DNA of 64,000 nucleotides from Vicugna vicugna (GCA_013265495.1 MU057666.1:159732-223731); one strand, 5' to 3'; shown: positions 26,423 to 40,439, numbered from the stretch's first letter. Notes: generated by a model not told the origin, from the letters alone. Made by a program: numbers and translations.

Positions 26423-29400
26423 TAGTATCATGTCTTCTGCATATAGTGACAATTTTATCTCTTCTTTTCCAATTTGCATCTTTTTTATTTCTTTTGCTCG
26501 TCTGATTGCTGTGGCTAGGACTTCCAAGACTATGTTGAAATGAAGTGGTGAGAGTGGACCACCTTCTCTTGTCCCGGTATTAGTGGGAATGTTTTCAGTT
26601 TTTCACCATTGAGAACTATGCTGGCTGTAGGTTTGTCATAAATAGCTCTTATTATGTTGAGATATGTTCCCTCTATATTCACTTTGGTGAATTTTTTTTT
26701 AATCATAAATGGATGTTGAATTTTATCAAATGTTTTTTCTACATCTATTGAGATTATAATGTGATTTTTGTCCTTTCTCTTGTTGATGTGGTGTATTACA
26801 CTGATTTATTTGCATCTGTTGAACCATCTTTGTGTTCCTGAGATGAACCCTACTTTATCGTGGTGTATGATCTTTTTTATGTGCTGTTAGATTCAGTTTG
26901 CTAATATTTTGTTGAGGGTTTTTGCATCTAAGTTCATCAGTGGTATTGATCTGCAATTCTCTTTTATGGTAGAGTCTTTGGTTTTGGCATCAGGGTGATG
27001 GTGGCTTCATAGAATGAGTTTGGGAATATTCTCTCCTTTGCAATCTTTTGGGAGAGTTTGAGAAGGACCAGTGTGAGTTCTTCTTTATATGTTTGATAGA
27101 ATTCCCCAGTGAAGCCATCTGGTCTTGGCCTTTTATTTGTAGGAATGTTTTATTATTACTATTGTTGTTGTTGTTATTGTTAATTCAATTTCATTTCTAG
27201 TGATTGATTTGTTCAAGTGGTCAGTTTCTTCTTGATTCAGTCTTAGTGGACTGTATTTTTCAGAAACTTGTCCATTTCTTCTAGATTATCCATTTTGTTT
27301 CCATATAATTGTTCATAGCATTCTCATATGATATTTTGTATTTCTGTGATATTGGTTGTAATTTCTCCATTTTCCTTTTTTATTTTGCTTGTTTGTGCTT
27401 TGTCATTTCTCTTCTTCATGAGCTTGGACAGAAACTTGTCAATTTTGTTTACTATTTCAAAATAATTGGTTTGTTTGATATTTTTCTATTGTGTTTTAAA
27501 AATCTCTATTTTATTTGTTTCATCTCTGATATTTATTATTTCCTTCCTTCTGCTGACTTTTGGGTTTTTTGCACTTCTTTTTCTAATTCTTTTTGATGGT
27601 AGGTTAAATTGTTTATTTGACATTGTTCTTTTTTGAACAAGGCCTGTATTGCTATAAACTTCCCTCTTAGCACTGCCTTTGCTACATCCCCTAGATTTTG
27701 TGTGCTTATGTTTTCATTGCCATTTGTCTCAAAGTATTTTTAATTTCATTTTTTATTTCATCATTGACCCATTGATTTTTTAGTAGCATGTTGTTTAATC
27801 TCCATGCTGTCATTTTTTCCTCCTTTGTTTTTCTGTAGTTGTTTTCTAGTTTCCAGGCATTGTGGTCAGAAATGATGCTTGAAATAATTCTATCTTCTTA
27901 AAATTGTTGAGGTTTCTTTTTTTCCGGAGACCATGATCTACCCTAGAAAATGTTACATGTGCACTTGAAAAGAATGTATATTCTATTTTGGGGGGATAAT
28001 GTTAAAATATCAGCCAAATCTAATTTTTCTATGGCATCATTTAATTTCTCTATTGCTTTATTAATTTTCTCTCTTGAACATCTGTCCAGTGATGTTAATG
28101 TGGTGTTAAAATCTCCTACAATGATTCTATTCTCATCAATTTCTCTCTTTAAATTGGTTAGTATTTGCTTTATGTATTTAGGTGATCCCATATTGGGTGC
28201 ATATTTGTTAATGATTATAATATCCTCATCTTGTATTACTCCTTTTTTCATTGTAAAATGTCCTTTATCTTTCCTTATGGCCTTCCTGTTAGTCTATTTT
28301 GTCTGAAATCAGTATTGCTACTTCTGCCTTCTTGTCATTCTCATTTATGTGGAATATCTTTTTTCCATCCTCTCACTCTCAGTCTATGTGTGTCCTTCTC
28401 CCTAAAGTGGGTCTCTTGTATGCAGCATACTGTAGATTATCCAGCCTGCCACTCTATGTCTTTTGAATGGAGCATTTAGTCCATTGATATTTATAGTACT
28501 TATTGATAGATGTGTGTTATTACCAGTTTGAACTTAGTTTTGCAGATTATTTTTTATTTCCTCTTTTTTCTGTTTTTATTTTTCTTTTTGTGTTTTGATA
28601 ATTTTCCTTTGTATTATCTTGGTTTCTTTTTAGATTTTGTGTCTCTATAGTTAGTTTTTTACTTGTGGTTACTCTGTTTTTTATGTATATTAACTCGTTA
28701 CTTTGTTTGTTTTAAACATGTAGTAATATATGCTCAAACCCATCTTACTAAGAACAAAACAAAACAAACAAAAAAAGAAAAGTAAAAAGAAAAAAAGAAC
28801 TGTATATTTTCATTCTCCCCTCTCCCACCCTTAATGATTTAGATGTCCTCTTTTACAATTTCATGTTTATTCTGTTGTAAGTCATTGTAGTTTTCACCTT
28901 TCCATTTATGGTTTTCTCCTTTCTGTAGCAGCCTGCCTCTTTTCTATTTAGAGTAGACCTTTCAATATTTCTTTTAGCATAGGTTTAGTGTTGCTAAATT
29001 GTTTTAGTTTTTGCTTGTTTGTGAAGTTCTTCATCTCTCCTTCTATTCTAAAGGATAGCTTTGCTGCATAAAGTATCCTAGGTTGCATCTTTTTTTCAGT
29101 CAGGTCTTTGAATATATCTTGCCACTCCCTTTTGGCCTGTAGTGTTTGTGTAGAGAAATCAGTTGAAAGCCTTATGGGGGTTCCTTTGTAACTAACTCTT
29201 TCTTTGCTTTTCTATTGGTGCTTTTAGAATCATTTCTTTATCCTTAACCCTGACCATCCTGATTATAATATGTCCTGGTGTGGGTCTGTTTGGGTTCTTC
29301 ATGTTTGGGACCTTCTGTGCTTCCTGTACTTGTATATCTGATTCCTTCTTTAGATTTGGAGAGTTTTCAGTCATGATTTCTTCAAATACCTTTTCAACCC

Positions 29401-31662
29401 CTTTTGCTCTTTCTTTTTCAGTGACCTCTATTATGCATAGATTGATATACTTTATACATCCCATAAGTCCCTTATATTGCTTTAATTGGTTTTTATTTGC
29501 TTTCCTCTCAGCTGTTCTGATTTGGTGATTTCCTTTGTCCTGTCTTCTAAGTCACTTATTTATTCCTCTGCATTATCTAGCCTACTTTTTACAACTTTTA
29601 TCTCAGCTCTCATCTCAGCAAATGAGTTTTCCAGTTTTAATTTGCCTCATCTTTATAATTTCAATATCCTTTTTTGATATACTCTATGTCTCAGTACACA
29701 ATCTCTTTTAGTTCCTTCAGCACTTTAATCACTCATTTTTTTTTGAGATCATGATCTATTAGACTATCAAAATAAATTTCATTGATCATTCTTTCACCAG
29801 ATTTATCTTGTCCTTTTAATTGGGAGTGGTTCCTCTGCTTTTTCATTTTACTTATATCTCTCTGGCACTATCTTATTGAGTATCAGTTATCTACTATGGC
29901 CCTTAAGGGGTTGTTGCTTGGCTTATTTATTTATTTATCTAAAGGAAAGGTGGAAATAAAACCAAAAAAAATTAGAATAAAATTTTTTTTGAAAACAGTA
30001 TATTCAATAGCAGAATAAAACAAAGAGAAATAAAAATCAAGTTGAAACTTAAAAAAAAAACAAAAAAAGTAATAAAAGTTTGAATACAGAGTATGATTCA
30101 TAACAGAAGAACAAATAGAAATAAAAATGAATTTGAGAAAAATTAAAAATAATAATAATAATTGTATGTTTTAAAGAAAATCTTAAAAGGGATTAAAAAT
30201 AGAGACATAAAAAATTTTAAAGAAAGTAAAATTTTAAAAAGTAAAAGAAAACAGAAAAGAAAAGAAAAAAGGATGCATTCCCATGGAGACTGTGTGCTCT
30301 TAATAATTTTGTCGAGAGTTCCTTCTTAAGTATGGGTGGTTGCCAGGTCTTCCTTCTGTGCCTTTTGCCTGTTATCCCTTTGGTTGTGGGTGTGGCCAGC
30401 GATCTGGTAGCCAGAGCCTGCCCTGGCTACTGAATGGGGCTTTCTTTCTCTTTTGTTTGTTGTCACCCCTATCTTCCGCCTGCTGCATGAACTCCATTCC
30501 CTGGTTCTAGAGGCCCTCAGAACAGGCCCCTTGTTTGTGCTGCTCCCCTAGTTGGTCAGCAGGCAGGTCCCATCTTCTCCCAATTCCTCATCTTTGTGCT
30601 ACACTAGGGCATGGTAGACAGGTGGGTCAAGCTCCCTCTGGAAGCCAAGGTCCAGCACAGCCCTTGTGCATGTTAGGCGGGAAAGTTGCTTCCCCAATCA
30701 GTGCCACTCCCCACTTCATGTCAGGTCCTTAGACGGTCTCAGGGAAAATAGCCGCATCAGCCTTTGTCCCTGCTCTGTGCCAAAATACTGCTACTTGTTG
30801 GTTTGTCTTAGAGGCCGGAGTTCATAGAGGCACCAGGGCAGAGTGATTCTATCTGCTTGGGGCTGTAAACAAATCTCAGCTCACCTATGTGGTTGCAAAG
30901 CCCCTAGGTACTGATTCAGGTTTTGACCCCGCCTCCACCTGGGCAGTGCACACCTGGGGATATTTTGGGTGTTGTTCAGTCCTACCTCTCTTCTCCTGAG
31001 AACATGCCAATAATGGTGCTGCAGGTCTGTGGAGACAAACGTTATGGCACCCCTCCTCCCAGGGCACACCAGCAGTGATGGTTTGCTTTTTTTTTTTTTT
31101 TTTTTTTTTTTTTTTGTATTTTATGGGCGGCCCATGTTGTTCTGCTCTGTATACCCTCCCGGCCATATGGCACAGCACACAGCAGTCCCCTGAGGTTGCC
31201 TCTGTACAGTTGTCCTGAGTCCTCCTCCCAGCTTGGGCATTCTGTCCTGTACCGCCCCTGTCAGTTTGCACCTATGTATGGGGGTTGCAGAGACCCTTTG
31301 TGCCCATTTAACTTAGTTCTGTCAGACAAGGGCTATTCCATGCAGATCTGAGACTTTGGGGTTCCTCTTCCATCCTGCTGACCCTTCTGTTGGAGAGGGG
31401 GAGATCCAGCAAGTGAGCACTATTCCTCCTTTGATGCTCCCTCCCATGGGACAGGTCTTGCACTATTTTGCTTTTTCTTTCTTTTTTTTTTTTCCTTTTC
31501 TCCTAGCAGATTAGTGGCATATTTTGTCTTTTGAAGAAGGCGATGTTCTGTCAAAGTTCAGCAGGTTTTCTGATTAGTTAGGTGGGTTCATGGATGTCAG
31601 TCTTGGTGTATTTGTGGGAGAGGGTGAGCTAAGAGTATCCTTCTACTCTGCCATCTTGTCCC
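26423..31662 (-). mobile_element. LINE-1 (copy B): intact 5' end, ORF1 and 5' part of ORF2; 3' part missing
   Basis: 5' terminus motif ttctactctgccatcttg at 31641-31658; ORF1 piece 29192-29464 (EIMTENSPNLKKESDIQVQEAQKVP); endonuclease piece 27943-28251 (YAPNMGSPKYIKQILT); homologous to copy A region 21260-26420. Confidence 0.95.
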
Positions 31663-34600
31663 TTCTTAATAATTACCTTTCAAATGGAATTAAATGGTTT
31701 TCATAAAAAGAAATTTTTATTTAAAATCTATATTCTAATGTAACAATTGTTACAAATAAAAAAATAAACTTGATAAATTTCATGGAGATTGTTTCCTTTC
31801 ACTGCAAGAATTCTGCAATATGAGTTTTCTGATGAAGAAGACATCCAACTGGACAATTTTGGGGGAACCTCCACAATGTTGGCCCCCATATCTCACTCAC
31901 TATCTTGCACTCACTCCTCAGTGCAATCTAAGGAATTCTCAAGGGTTTTTCACTCACATAATTAAGTCTGAGCCTCACAGTTGTTATCTTTATTCACAAA
32001 TGATGTCCTCTCACTAAGCATTGAGCACAAACCAGATTTGATTATGGTAGAAGGGAAGCAGGACATAATACTTTAGACCTGGAGGGAATCACATGGGTAA
32101 ATGACAGAGACAACATCAAGATAAAGTAAATAATATTGCCTCAAAACTGATAAATAAAATTGTGCTTGAGTTGGAGAAGATTAATTAAAACTAAAAAGAA
32201 AATCAACATCTTCATTTTGCTAACACTTCAGGGAGGAAAGGAAGATTCTGAGCACTCAAGTTAAAAAGGAGACATGGCATGTCAGGAGGTGATAAGTTTT
32301 ACTAATAATAGAAACAGGGAAGGGTGAAACAGTGGAATTGGGGGTAGTCTTGGTAGAAGTGGCTCTTTAAGGTGCCCACCACCAGGGGACACTTAATCAT
32401 TGTATACATTTGGAGAGAAGCCTCGTGTGATGTTGGGACAATACAGGTCATATAACACTGATCATCGTGGTTGGGTGTGTCAGCCAAAATCCAGAGGGCA
32501 AGAATGCAATGAGCATATGGCAGAAGTGGAGGTATAGACCATCAGGGGTCAGAAGAAAGAGGGAGCTGACATTACAAATAAAAATTTTATTTCTATTTAA
32601 AAGGATAGTGCTACCACTTTGGAAAAGGCAAATCAGGTGGAAGGCCAAGACAACGTTTTGAGAATGAAGACAGTGGTGGCTGTACCAAAGCAAGCAGTGA
32701 AGTTGGAGACAGAGAGATGGAATTGGATCCAGGAAAAATCATATAGACAGAGACCATGAGACATGATCCATGAGAATTCCTATGTAAGCATTTGCACTAG
32801 AGATTGTGTCATCCAGAGAAATGGAGATGAAGGCAGAGGAGAAAATTTAGATGGGAAGTGGAATGAGACTATTTGGAAGGAGACTTAATACAAGGTCCCA
32901 TGACAGTAGAGTAAAAATTCTGAGTACTGAGGTTATTACAAAGGTCTCAGGCTCAGGAATTCATCACAACTGCAGCTATCTATATGAAGGGTCAGTGGGG
33001 AGTAAAGTTATTTTAGCAGAGAAGTAGTCCAAGGACTCAGTCAGTTTCACAAGATAAACTCCAGAGACCTGTTTGTGCTCACAGGTCAAATTAGATTTCC
33101 CAGCATCAACAAGAAAACAAATGGCCACACTCCCTGTGTCTGTCCCCAGGTGTTGGGGCTTGAGTTGTACAGAATCTCCACCCTGGTCCCATTTCACAAC
33201 AAAGGAAGAGACATCTCAGGTAGTTACAGGGCCCTTGAGAGAAATGAGGAACATAGTCTGAACCATTACATACAGTCATGGTAATAGAAATACTTATCTT
33301 CATTTGGCTCTTGTAAAATGATGTCAATCCATGTTTGACAAGGAGACTCAGGCTTTGACTGGGTTTTAACTCTGTAATTTTCCTCCAGGTGCTGTTTTTC
33401 CTTTATTATCCAGTGATGTTGGGATGGTAAGAAAACCCACCTTTCCTTATGCTTCTGAGAGTAAATTCCAGCACTATCATCCTATGAATCATTGCATCCA
33501 TTACCTTCCACTTCCCAATGCTGGGTTTCAGTATTTTTAGCCAGAATGCCAGAGCCCATGCAAGCGGCAAGAGTCTCCCTAAACTGCCCAGCAAGTACCC
33601 AGAAACTGCCCAACCCAGGCATGAGGAGGGAATAAAAACACATACATTTTTTGGATTTTCTCATTCAATCTTCAAAACAAGAATATATTTACCACATAAA
33701 ACCAAGGTGAAAACCAAGATGCAGGACAATGCACTCACTGCTACTTAACCACTCTTGTGAGAAAAGGCCAGTATTCCCAGGGCTCTAAGATGATGACACT
33801 GCATGTGAATTTTAATCTAATGTATCCTGTGGGAGACAGTGGGCCAGGGAGCACAGGGAGATTTTCTAAACTGTCTTAAAAGTCAAGTTGTTAATAAAAC
33901 CATTTGTGGTGCTGTGTTATGGGAATATCTGAAGATGATATATGTATTGAGAGTGCATTTTGGGAGCCTTTTCTAGGGAGCATAAATCCAAGTGGTTGTG
34001 TTCAAATTCTCCAAATAGATCAGGAGTTTCCTATTCCATGCAGATATGGAGAGCTGCAAATGAGCATAACAAGCCTGTTGGTGGAAGTTTCTGAGTGGTT
34101 GTGCAACCATGTACTTATGAATATTATATATGCACATATAACTGTACATACATTTAAGTATATTTACTGATGTATAGCTGTTCTATATGTAAATTATAGT
34201 GCTGATTGGATACACTATCTTTTCTATTTACTTAAGATATATTAATATAAACCTTATTTCATATTTTTCTATGATCTATTCATTTTCTTCCTGTTCCTTT
34301 GATACCACTCTTCCATGTTTTTTCCCTTTCCCTTTCATGCTAGAAGAGGTCCGCATATGTCATATAGTCCTCTCCTGCCCATTCGTGCTTGTGTGCTTGG
34401 TAGGAATCAGCTGAATATGAAAGCTATGTGCCTGCATGATGACTTGGATCTCTCAGGGTTCTACTCTGTATTAACTAGGGAGATGCATATGGATCTGAAA
34501 GTCTTTGAGTTGGACAGCTCCAGATATCCCACAAGTGTTCTGCAACCTCCTATCTGGCAATACTGAGCATGGCTGCCAGGATTCAGGAAGCTGAACAAGG

Positions 34601-35157
34601 AAAGGAGAGGTGGGGGGTTCAGCTTAAAATTTGTAAATAAGGCTCTTGTTTTCAATAAGACAGATTATCCCCCAACTCACCTTTGCTCTCAGCATGATTT
34701 TTATGAGATTTAATCATTTATAAAATTATGACCCATTTCAACCCTGAATGTTCCACTTTAAAACTTTATATGGCTGTACTATGTTTACCCATTCTCCTAT
34801 TACCAGATATTTAATGTGTCTCCAGGTTTGGAAAGAATGAGGGAAAAAGCTGCTATAAATATATCATTTTTTTTTGTGAAACTATTTTTTCTATGGGTAA
34901 AAGCTGGGGAGGGGGGCAGGAATTACTGATTCACACAAATGGTGTGTGATTAAATTAATATTTCCAAATGTTTGTATCATTATAACATCTTATCTTCAAT
35001 CTAAGAGCTCAAGTTGCTCTATATCATTCCAGTACTTGATATTATGTTAGTTATTATAATGGGTCTAGTTTTTATTGTTATTTAGCATAAAAGTCAATAT
35101 GTTTTTGATGTTTTGCTTTTCCTTTTATTTATATACATATATATTTTGTAATACTCT

Positions 35158-35278
35158 TTTGAGGAGGGAGAGGTAATTAGGTTTAAATACTTGTTTTAAT
35201 GGAGATACTGGGAATTGAACCTAGGACCTCTTGCATACAGCATGCATACACTCCACCACTGAACTATACTCTCCCCCT
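35158..35278 (-). mobile_element. tRNA-derived SINE (vic-1-like)
   Basis: ggtaattaggttta...aatggagatactgggaattgaacctaggacctcttgcat...ccactgaactatactctcccc. Confidence 0.85.
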
Positions 35279-35631
35279 CCTTTTGTTTTTCCAGAGAAAA
35301 ATGTTGCCAATTTTGTCAACTGCCAGTGACACGTAAGTCTTGATGATGGAGAAGTGCACCACATGCACATTTGAAGCCAAAATGAGTTATTTCTTGGCTC
35401 CACAAGGTGAGTGCAAAGCATCAATACCACTTGGTTGATTTTCTGTCACCTTAATGTCACTTCCTTAATGCTAATTTACTGTTTCTTGCTATGTTTACAT
35501 CTATAAGCTGGTGCCCATTACTGGCAACAATGGTTTGAAGTTTGTTTTCTATTTGTTTTTAAAATTATTTTTATTTAGATATAAATCACATAACATAAAA
35601 TTCAATATGTTAACCATTTAAAAATGTATAT

Positions 35632-37900
35632 TTGGGACATCAACACAATGGTGGAATTAGAGTCTCCTCTCCACTCCCATGGATGTATTAAATAAAAGCT
35701 ACATGAGAATCACTTTCCTGTGAGAGACATCTAAAAACTAGTGCATTCTCCTACACACTGGATGGCTGGGCAAATATCCAAATGTTAGGAAAAACTGAGA
35801 TACACCTGTGCCATAATCCCAGTGCCCAGCACTGAGCCTTACACTCAGGATGCAGCCCCAACTCTCATCTTCTAAGGAGCACAGAGCACAGAGTTGGAAC
35901 AAAGCATCTCTGGTGCCCACACTTATAGTTGCCTTCTGAGGGACTGGTCCCTAAATCACTTACTCAAGGAGCTCAGTGGGCTCATCATTCATGTGTACCC
36001 CAGGGAACCACAGGTAAGAAAGCAGTGGTGTTAAATGGGTGTGCAAGCACGTCCAAGGGCCGTTCCTCCTAACTCAGCACCGAGCAAGTGGGCAAAACTC
36101 TCAGGTTCCAGTGTTTCCCTGGATGTGTGCAGACAGCACATGGAATGTTCCAACTATCCCAAATGCTCCCTGAAAGTCAGATTTCAAATTGCCTGTATCT
36201 GGGAGCAGTCGGGGTCCTCTGGGAGCCTGAATGGGCAAGCAGGCACTTTCTGTTTTTCCTTCCTCCAGCATGCTCCAGTGTGGTGGGGATGTGTTTGTGG
36301 TGAGGGGGAAGGGAAAGTCTTCCAGCTTATCCTGGAATGAGAAGGTCCATATGCCTATTACTCTGACTTTTCTGGCACCTGTTTCTTTGGAGTTTAGAGG
36401 GCCCCACATTCACTAGTCACATTCAGTGTCTACAGAGAAGGAATCAAACTTTTTGTTTGTTCATTTTTATTAATCAGTCTCAATCACTCTCCTGTGACTC
36501 CTCTCCCTCACTCATCCAAGAATAAATTCAAGATCACAGATCATTCCTGGAAGACATTTCACTTCACATCTACTGCTCCAACTTTACCAGCTGCTGTGCA
36601 AGGATCTCTCTTCTAATTTGCCTATCTCTGGAAATGAGGAGAAAGTCAATCCCTAGCCCCCTGGGAGTTTGACGGGGCAGGTGGGTACTTAATGCAGCTT
36701 CTTTCCCCAGCTAGCTCCAGAGACAGACTCAAGCCTCCAGCTAACCTACCCACATCTGCGATATGACAGAACCCAACAATCACTAGGCCCCCAGGAGTGA
36801 CAAAGCACAAATCATTGTTTTGAAAATGTGTGCAGTCTGAACAAGGGTTCAGGCATTTTTCACAGATTCTCTCCCCACCATAATACAGAGTGAGTGGGAG
36901 AAAAATTCTGGTTCCCAGCCTCTACCTAAGGAGAAGAGAAAATTGGCCACACTTGTAATAGAAAAGAACAATCAACCTCCATGTTAGATGTGTTCCTTTG
37001 ACTGTAACCCTGTGCTCTTATTCCTTGTCTTAGTCTTGTTGATTCTGCACCTTTTGTAAAACAATGTTGCCAATAGCATGAAATATAAAGGAGAGCCTAT
37101 TCTCAAGGCTCTGACCTTTAATGATATTAGTACTTTTCCATTCATATAAAGTTAACAAGTTGCAGAATAGAAAATAACTTTTATTTTGTTGGAGTTTTAC
37201 AGGAACACCATGACCTGACCCACAAGGACAGCTGCAAGAACAAAGGATTCCAAGAACAAAGAATTCCTACACCAAGAAGTTTACAACAACCATGCATACC
37301 CTCTCTGTTTTTAGTATTAAAGGAGACTGGATTCTGGCATGGGGAAGATAGTTCACAGCACATTTGTTGGCCATCTTCTCAGCCAGCTTTCTGAATAAAG
37401 TCACTATTCTTTGCCCCAACATTTCATCCCCTGTTTTATAGGCCTGTCATTTGGCAAACAGAACAAGTTTAGACTCAGTAACACACTTAGAACATTCATT
37501 TTTCTGGCTGCTATACAACAGAGTGACTTCTATCTTATCTGCCTCAAGGCATTGATGGGTCTTGTTACATTCTAATTCCCTGGGGGCCACTATGAATGAA
37601 GATGGCAGCCTGGATCAGCACAAAGACAAGAGAAGTACCAAATTTGTGGACTAGCTGATTGGTGAGGTTTATCTCCTCTGTGAGGCCAGGATCCTTTCCT
37701 ACAAGGTTCTCACACTGAAAAGTGGAGAAAATGAGCTGCGCTTCCAGCAGGGGAGAAGGAAAGTAACTATTTTGAAATAAGCCAGAATATTCTGTTCTCC
37801 TTAAGTCCTGCTCTCAAGAGAAACTATTTTACCTTACCTTAAACAACTAGGTTTTTATCAAAACACAACTGACCTGAAGGAAGAAAAATATCCATATCCA
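35632..37900 (+). mobile_element. old LINE-1 5' UTR-like region, interrupted by an LTR
   Basis: starts with an L1 5'-type motif (catcaacacaatggtggaattagagtctcc) followed by GC-richer UTR-like sequence; recognition from recall only. Confidence 0.45.
36954..37483 (+). mobile_element. solo LTR, ERV1-like
   Basis: tgtaatag...cagtaaca termini; perfect 4-bp target-site duplication cact (36950-36953 and 37484-37487); poly(A) signal ctgaataaagtc. Confidence 0.88.
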
Positions 37901-38380
37901 TCTAATTGTAGAGAAATCATATAAATGTAACACATGTAAGAAAAGCAGCAGGTAGAAAGCTAGCTTTTGTTTAAACCAAAGAACTTACACAGAAAAGAAA
38001 CTACTTTCAATCAATACAAAAATATGTCATTGATAATGTATCCCTTCAACAAGAACACATTCCCATTGTCAAGAAAATACAGGTCTGTAGTCACTCTGGA
38101 TGGGCCTTCAGAAAAGCTCCAGACCTAGTGTGCAAAAGAAAACTATACAGAGGTTAATTCTCACTGCAGAAAGTGGGGAGAACAGCTTTAATTTAGAGAA
38201 GGAAACTCAGGTTACACTGAAAAAATTTTATTGGGGAAGCAATTCAGCCAATTACACATTGGAAGTCGATTACCCGTACAGAGACACTTGTAGGACATGA
38301 AGACTCTCACTGCATTAAACATTCTCAGTGTCATAAAGGAAAGAAAGCCTTTGGTGATCACTCATTCCTCACTCGATCTT
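37895..38380 (+). pseudogene. degenerate C2H2 (KRAB-ZNF-type) zinc-finger exon remnant
   Basis: from 37908: VEKSYKCNTCKKSSR*KASFCLNQRTYTEKK, fitting the TGEKPYKCxxCGKxF...HQRTHTGEK consensus; further decayed fingers VCSHSGWAFRKAPDL (about 38085) and QCHKGKKAFGDHSFLT (about 38327). Confidence 0.65.
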
Positions 38381-38424
38381 TGTGATCTTCAGATCATCAT
38401 GATCACAGACCCAGATCTAATAGT

Positions 38425-38670
38425 TCTGGATAATCATTCAAGAAACAACAAAACTTAGGGACATTTTACCAACATTAACATTTATTACAGTACCACTTAA
38501 CATGTTTCTACATAAATTAACCCACTTCACATCATTAAAGATATCTCCATCAATAAACAACATAAAGATCAAATGCAATTTGGGAAAATGAAAGGAATAA
38601 TTTTATCACCACTAATTTTAATACTGACATAACTTCTTCCTCTAAAATCAATTTTTATCAGTAATGGTCT
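38425..38670 (+). pseudogene. MT-ND2: mitochondrial ND2 3' fragment (NUMT)
   Basis: ataatcattcaagaaacaacaaaa...tccatcaataaacaacataaagatcaaatgcaattt resembles the ND2 3' end and lies directly before tRNA-Trp. Confidence 0.75.
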
Positions 38671-38671
38671 A

Positions 38672-39014
38672 AGACTTTCTGTTAGCATAGTTCAAGAGCC
38701 TTCAAACTCTAAGCAAATCCAATTAATTTCTGAAAAATGATTTTAAAATTTATCCTGCACAAACTGAATACAAAGTTAACATTTTCTTTAGCTAAATCAT
38801 TGCTAGAGTTCTTGATTTTGACTCCACAATATTTTAATTAATAGATAATTACTCTAATCAACTGGTTTCAAGGGGAAAAAAGCAAGAGAAGCCTTAGCAG
38901 AACTGAATCTGCTCCTTTGAAATTGCAGTTCAATTACACTCACTACAGAGCATGGCAAAAAGAAGGCTCAATCTCTGTCTTAAAATGTAAAGTCTGCTTT
39001 TTCAGTCATTTTAC
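38672..39014. pseudogene. decayed mitochondrial WANCY tRNA cluster with a remnant of the light-strand origin (NUMT)
   Basis: caagagccttcaaa (Trp), ctaatcaactggtttcaa (Asn), aaaaaagcaagagaagcc (right arm of OL), ctttgaaattgcagttcaa (Cys), ggcaaaaagaaggc...ctctgtctt...tcagtcattttac (Tyr). Confidence 0.85.
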
Positions 39015-40439
39015 TTATTCTCAGCTAATCATAAGGATATCAGCACTTTTTATCCACTATTTAGTGTCTGAGCTGAAATGGCAGGTACTGGCTTAAGCCT
39101 TTTAATCCATGCCAATCCAGGTTAACCTGGAGCTTTACTAGGAGAAGACCAAATCTATAGTGTAGTAATAACCACCCACACATTTGTAATAATTTTCTTC
39201 ATACTTATACCTATCATAATTGGAGGATTCATAAACTAAGTTTCATTAATAATAGGAGCACCTGATTGTTTCAAATACTCTCTCCATCATTTGGACTTTT
39301 GCTTACATCATCAATGGTTGAAGCAGGTGTGGGATAGGTTGAACCATACACTCCCCTCTAGCTGATAATCTAGCTCATGCAGGACCTTCCACTGACCTAA
39401 CAATTTCTCTGTACATTTAGGATGTATTTTTGAATTAAGGCTGCTATCAATTTTATTACAATTATTAATGTTAAACCACAAGTCTTATCTCATTATCAAA
39501 CATCATTAATTGTTTGACCAGTCCCACTTACAGTCTTATCATTACTACTATTGTTCCCAGGCTTAGCAGCTGGAATTTCTATATTATTAATAGACCGCAA
39601 TCTAAATCCTACTTTCTTTGAGGTACAGGAGATGCAATTTTATATCAACATTTATGATTTCATATATTGTTACATATAATTCAGAAGAAAAAGAACCTTT
39701 TGGACATACAGTTAAAGTTTTAGCTATAATATCCACTTCTTTTTTTTTTAAGGCTTTATTGTATGAGTTTATCATATATTCACAGTAGACATCAATGTTG
39801 ACACAGAAGCATATTTTACATAAGTGACCTTATGTTGATGTTTCTACAGAAGGAAAAGTGTTTAGCTGACTTGCAACCCTCAATGGAGGTGATATTAAAT
39901 GATCATGAGCCACATAATGAGACTTAGGCTTTATTTTCTGATTTACAGTAGGATATCTGATAGGACTTGCTCTATCTAATTCATCCTTGGGCATTGTTCT
40001 CCACAATGCAAATTACGGAGTAGCACATTTTCATTATGTCTTATTAATAGGAGCAGTATTTGTCATGATAGGAGGTTTTGTTCACTAATTCCCATTATTT
40101 TCAGACTATACTCTTAACCTGAGCAAAAATTCAGTTTACAATGTTATCTGTAGGTGTTAACATAACTTTCCTCCTATTACACTTTCTTGGACTTTCAGGA
40201 ATGCCATGACATTACTCTGATTAATCAGATCCATATACAATATGAAATACTATCTCATCCGTAGGTTCATTCATTTCATTCACAGCAGTAATATTAATAA
40301 TTGTAACATTTGAGAGGCATTTGCTTCTAAAGGAGAAATATCAATAGTAGAATTAACAACTACTAATCTCTAATGAAAATATGGCTATCCCACACCATAT
40401 CATACATTTGAAAGGCCTACTTACATAAATTTAAAATAA
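39015..40439 (+). pseudogene. MT-CO1: mitochondrial COX1 pseudogene (NUMT)
   Basis: ttattctcagctaatcataaggatatc (LFSxNHKDI), gaagcaggtgtgggataggttgaacc, gaccgcaatctaaat, cattttcattatgtctta (HFHYVL), ccatatcatacatttgaa; start codon deleted, about 60 bp deleted near 39655, many frameshifts. Confidence 0.97.

Noticed and set aside
32000..32900. Purine-rich stretch resembling L2 relics (also about 8150-8500, 10880-11460, 57600-58000)
   Set aside because: Probably ancient L2/MIR, but too degraded to bound or name with confidence.
33380..34570. Possible KRAB or other exons upstream of the zinc-finger remnant
   Set aside because: No KRAB-A (VTFxDVAVxF) or other recognisable motif in the frames read.
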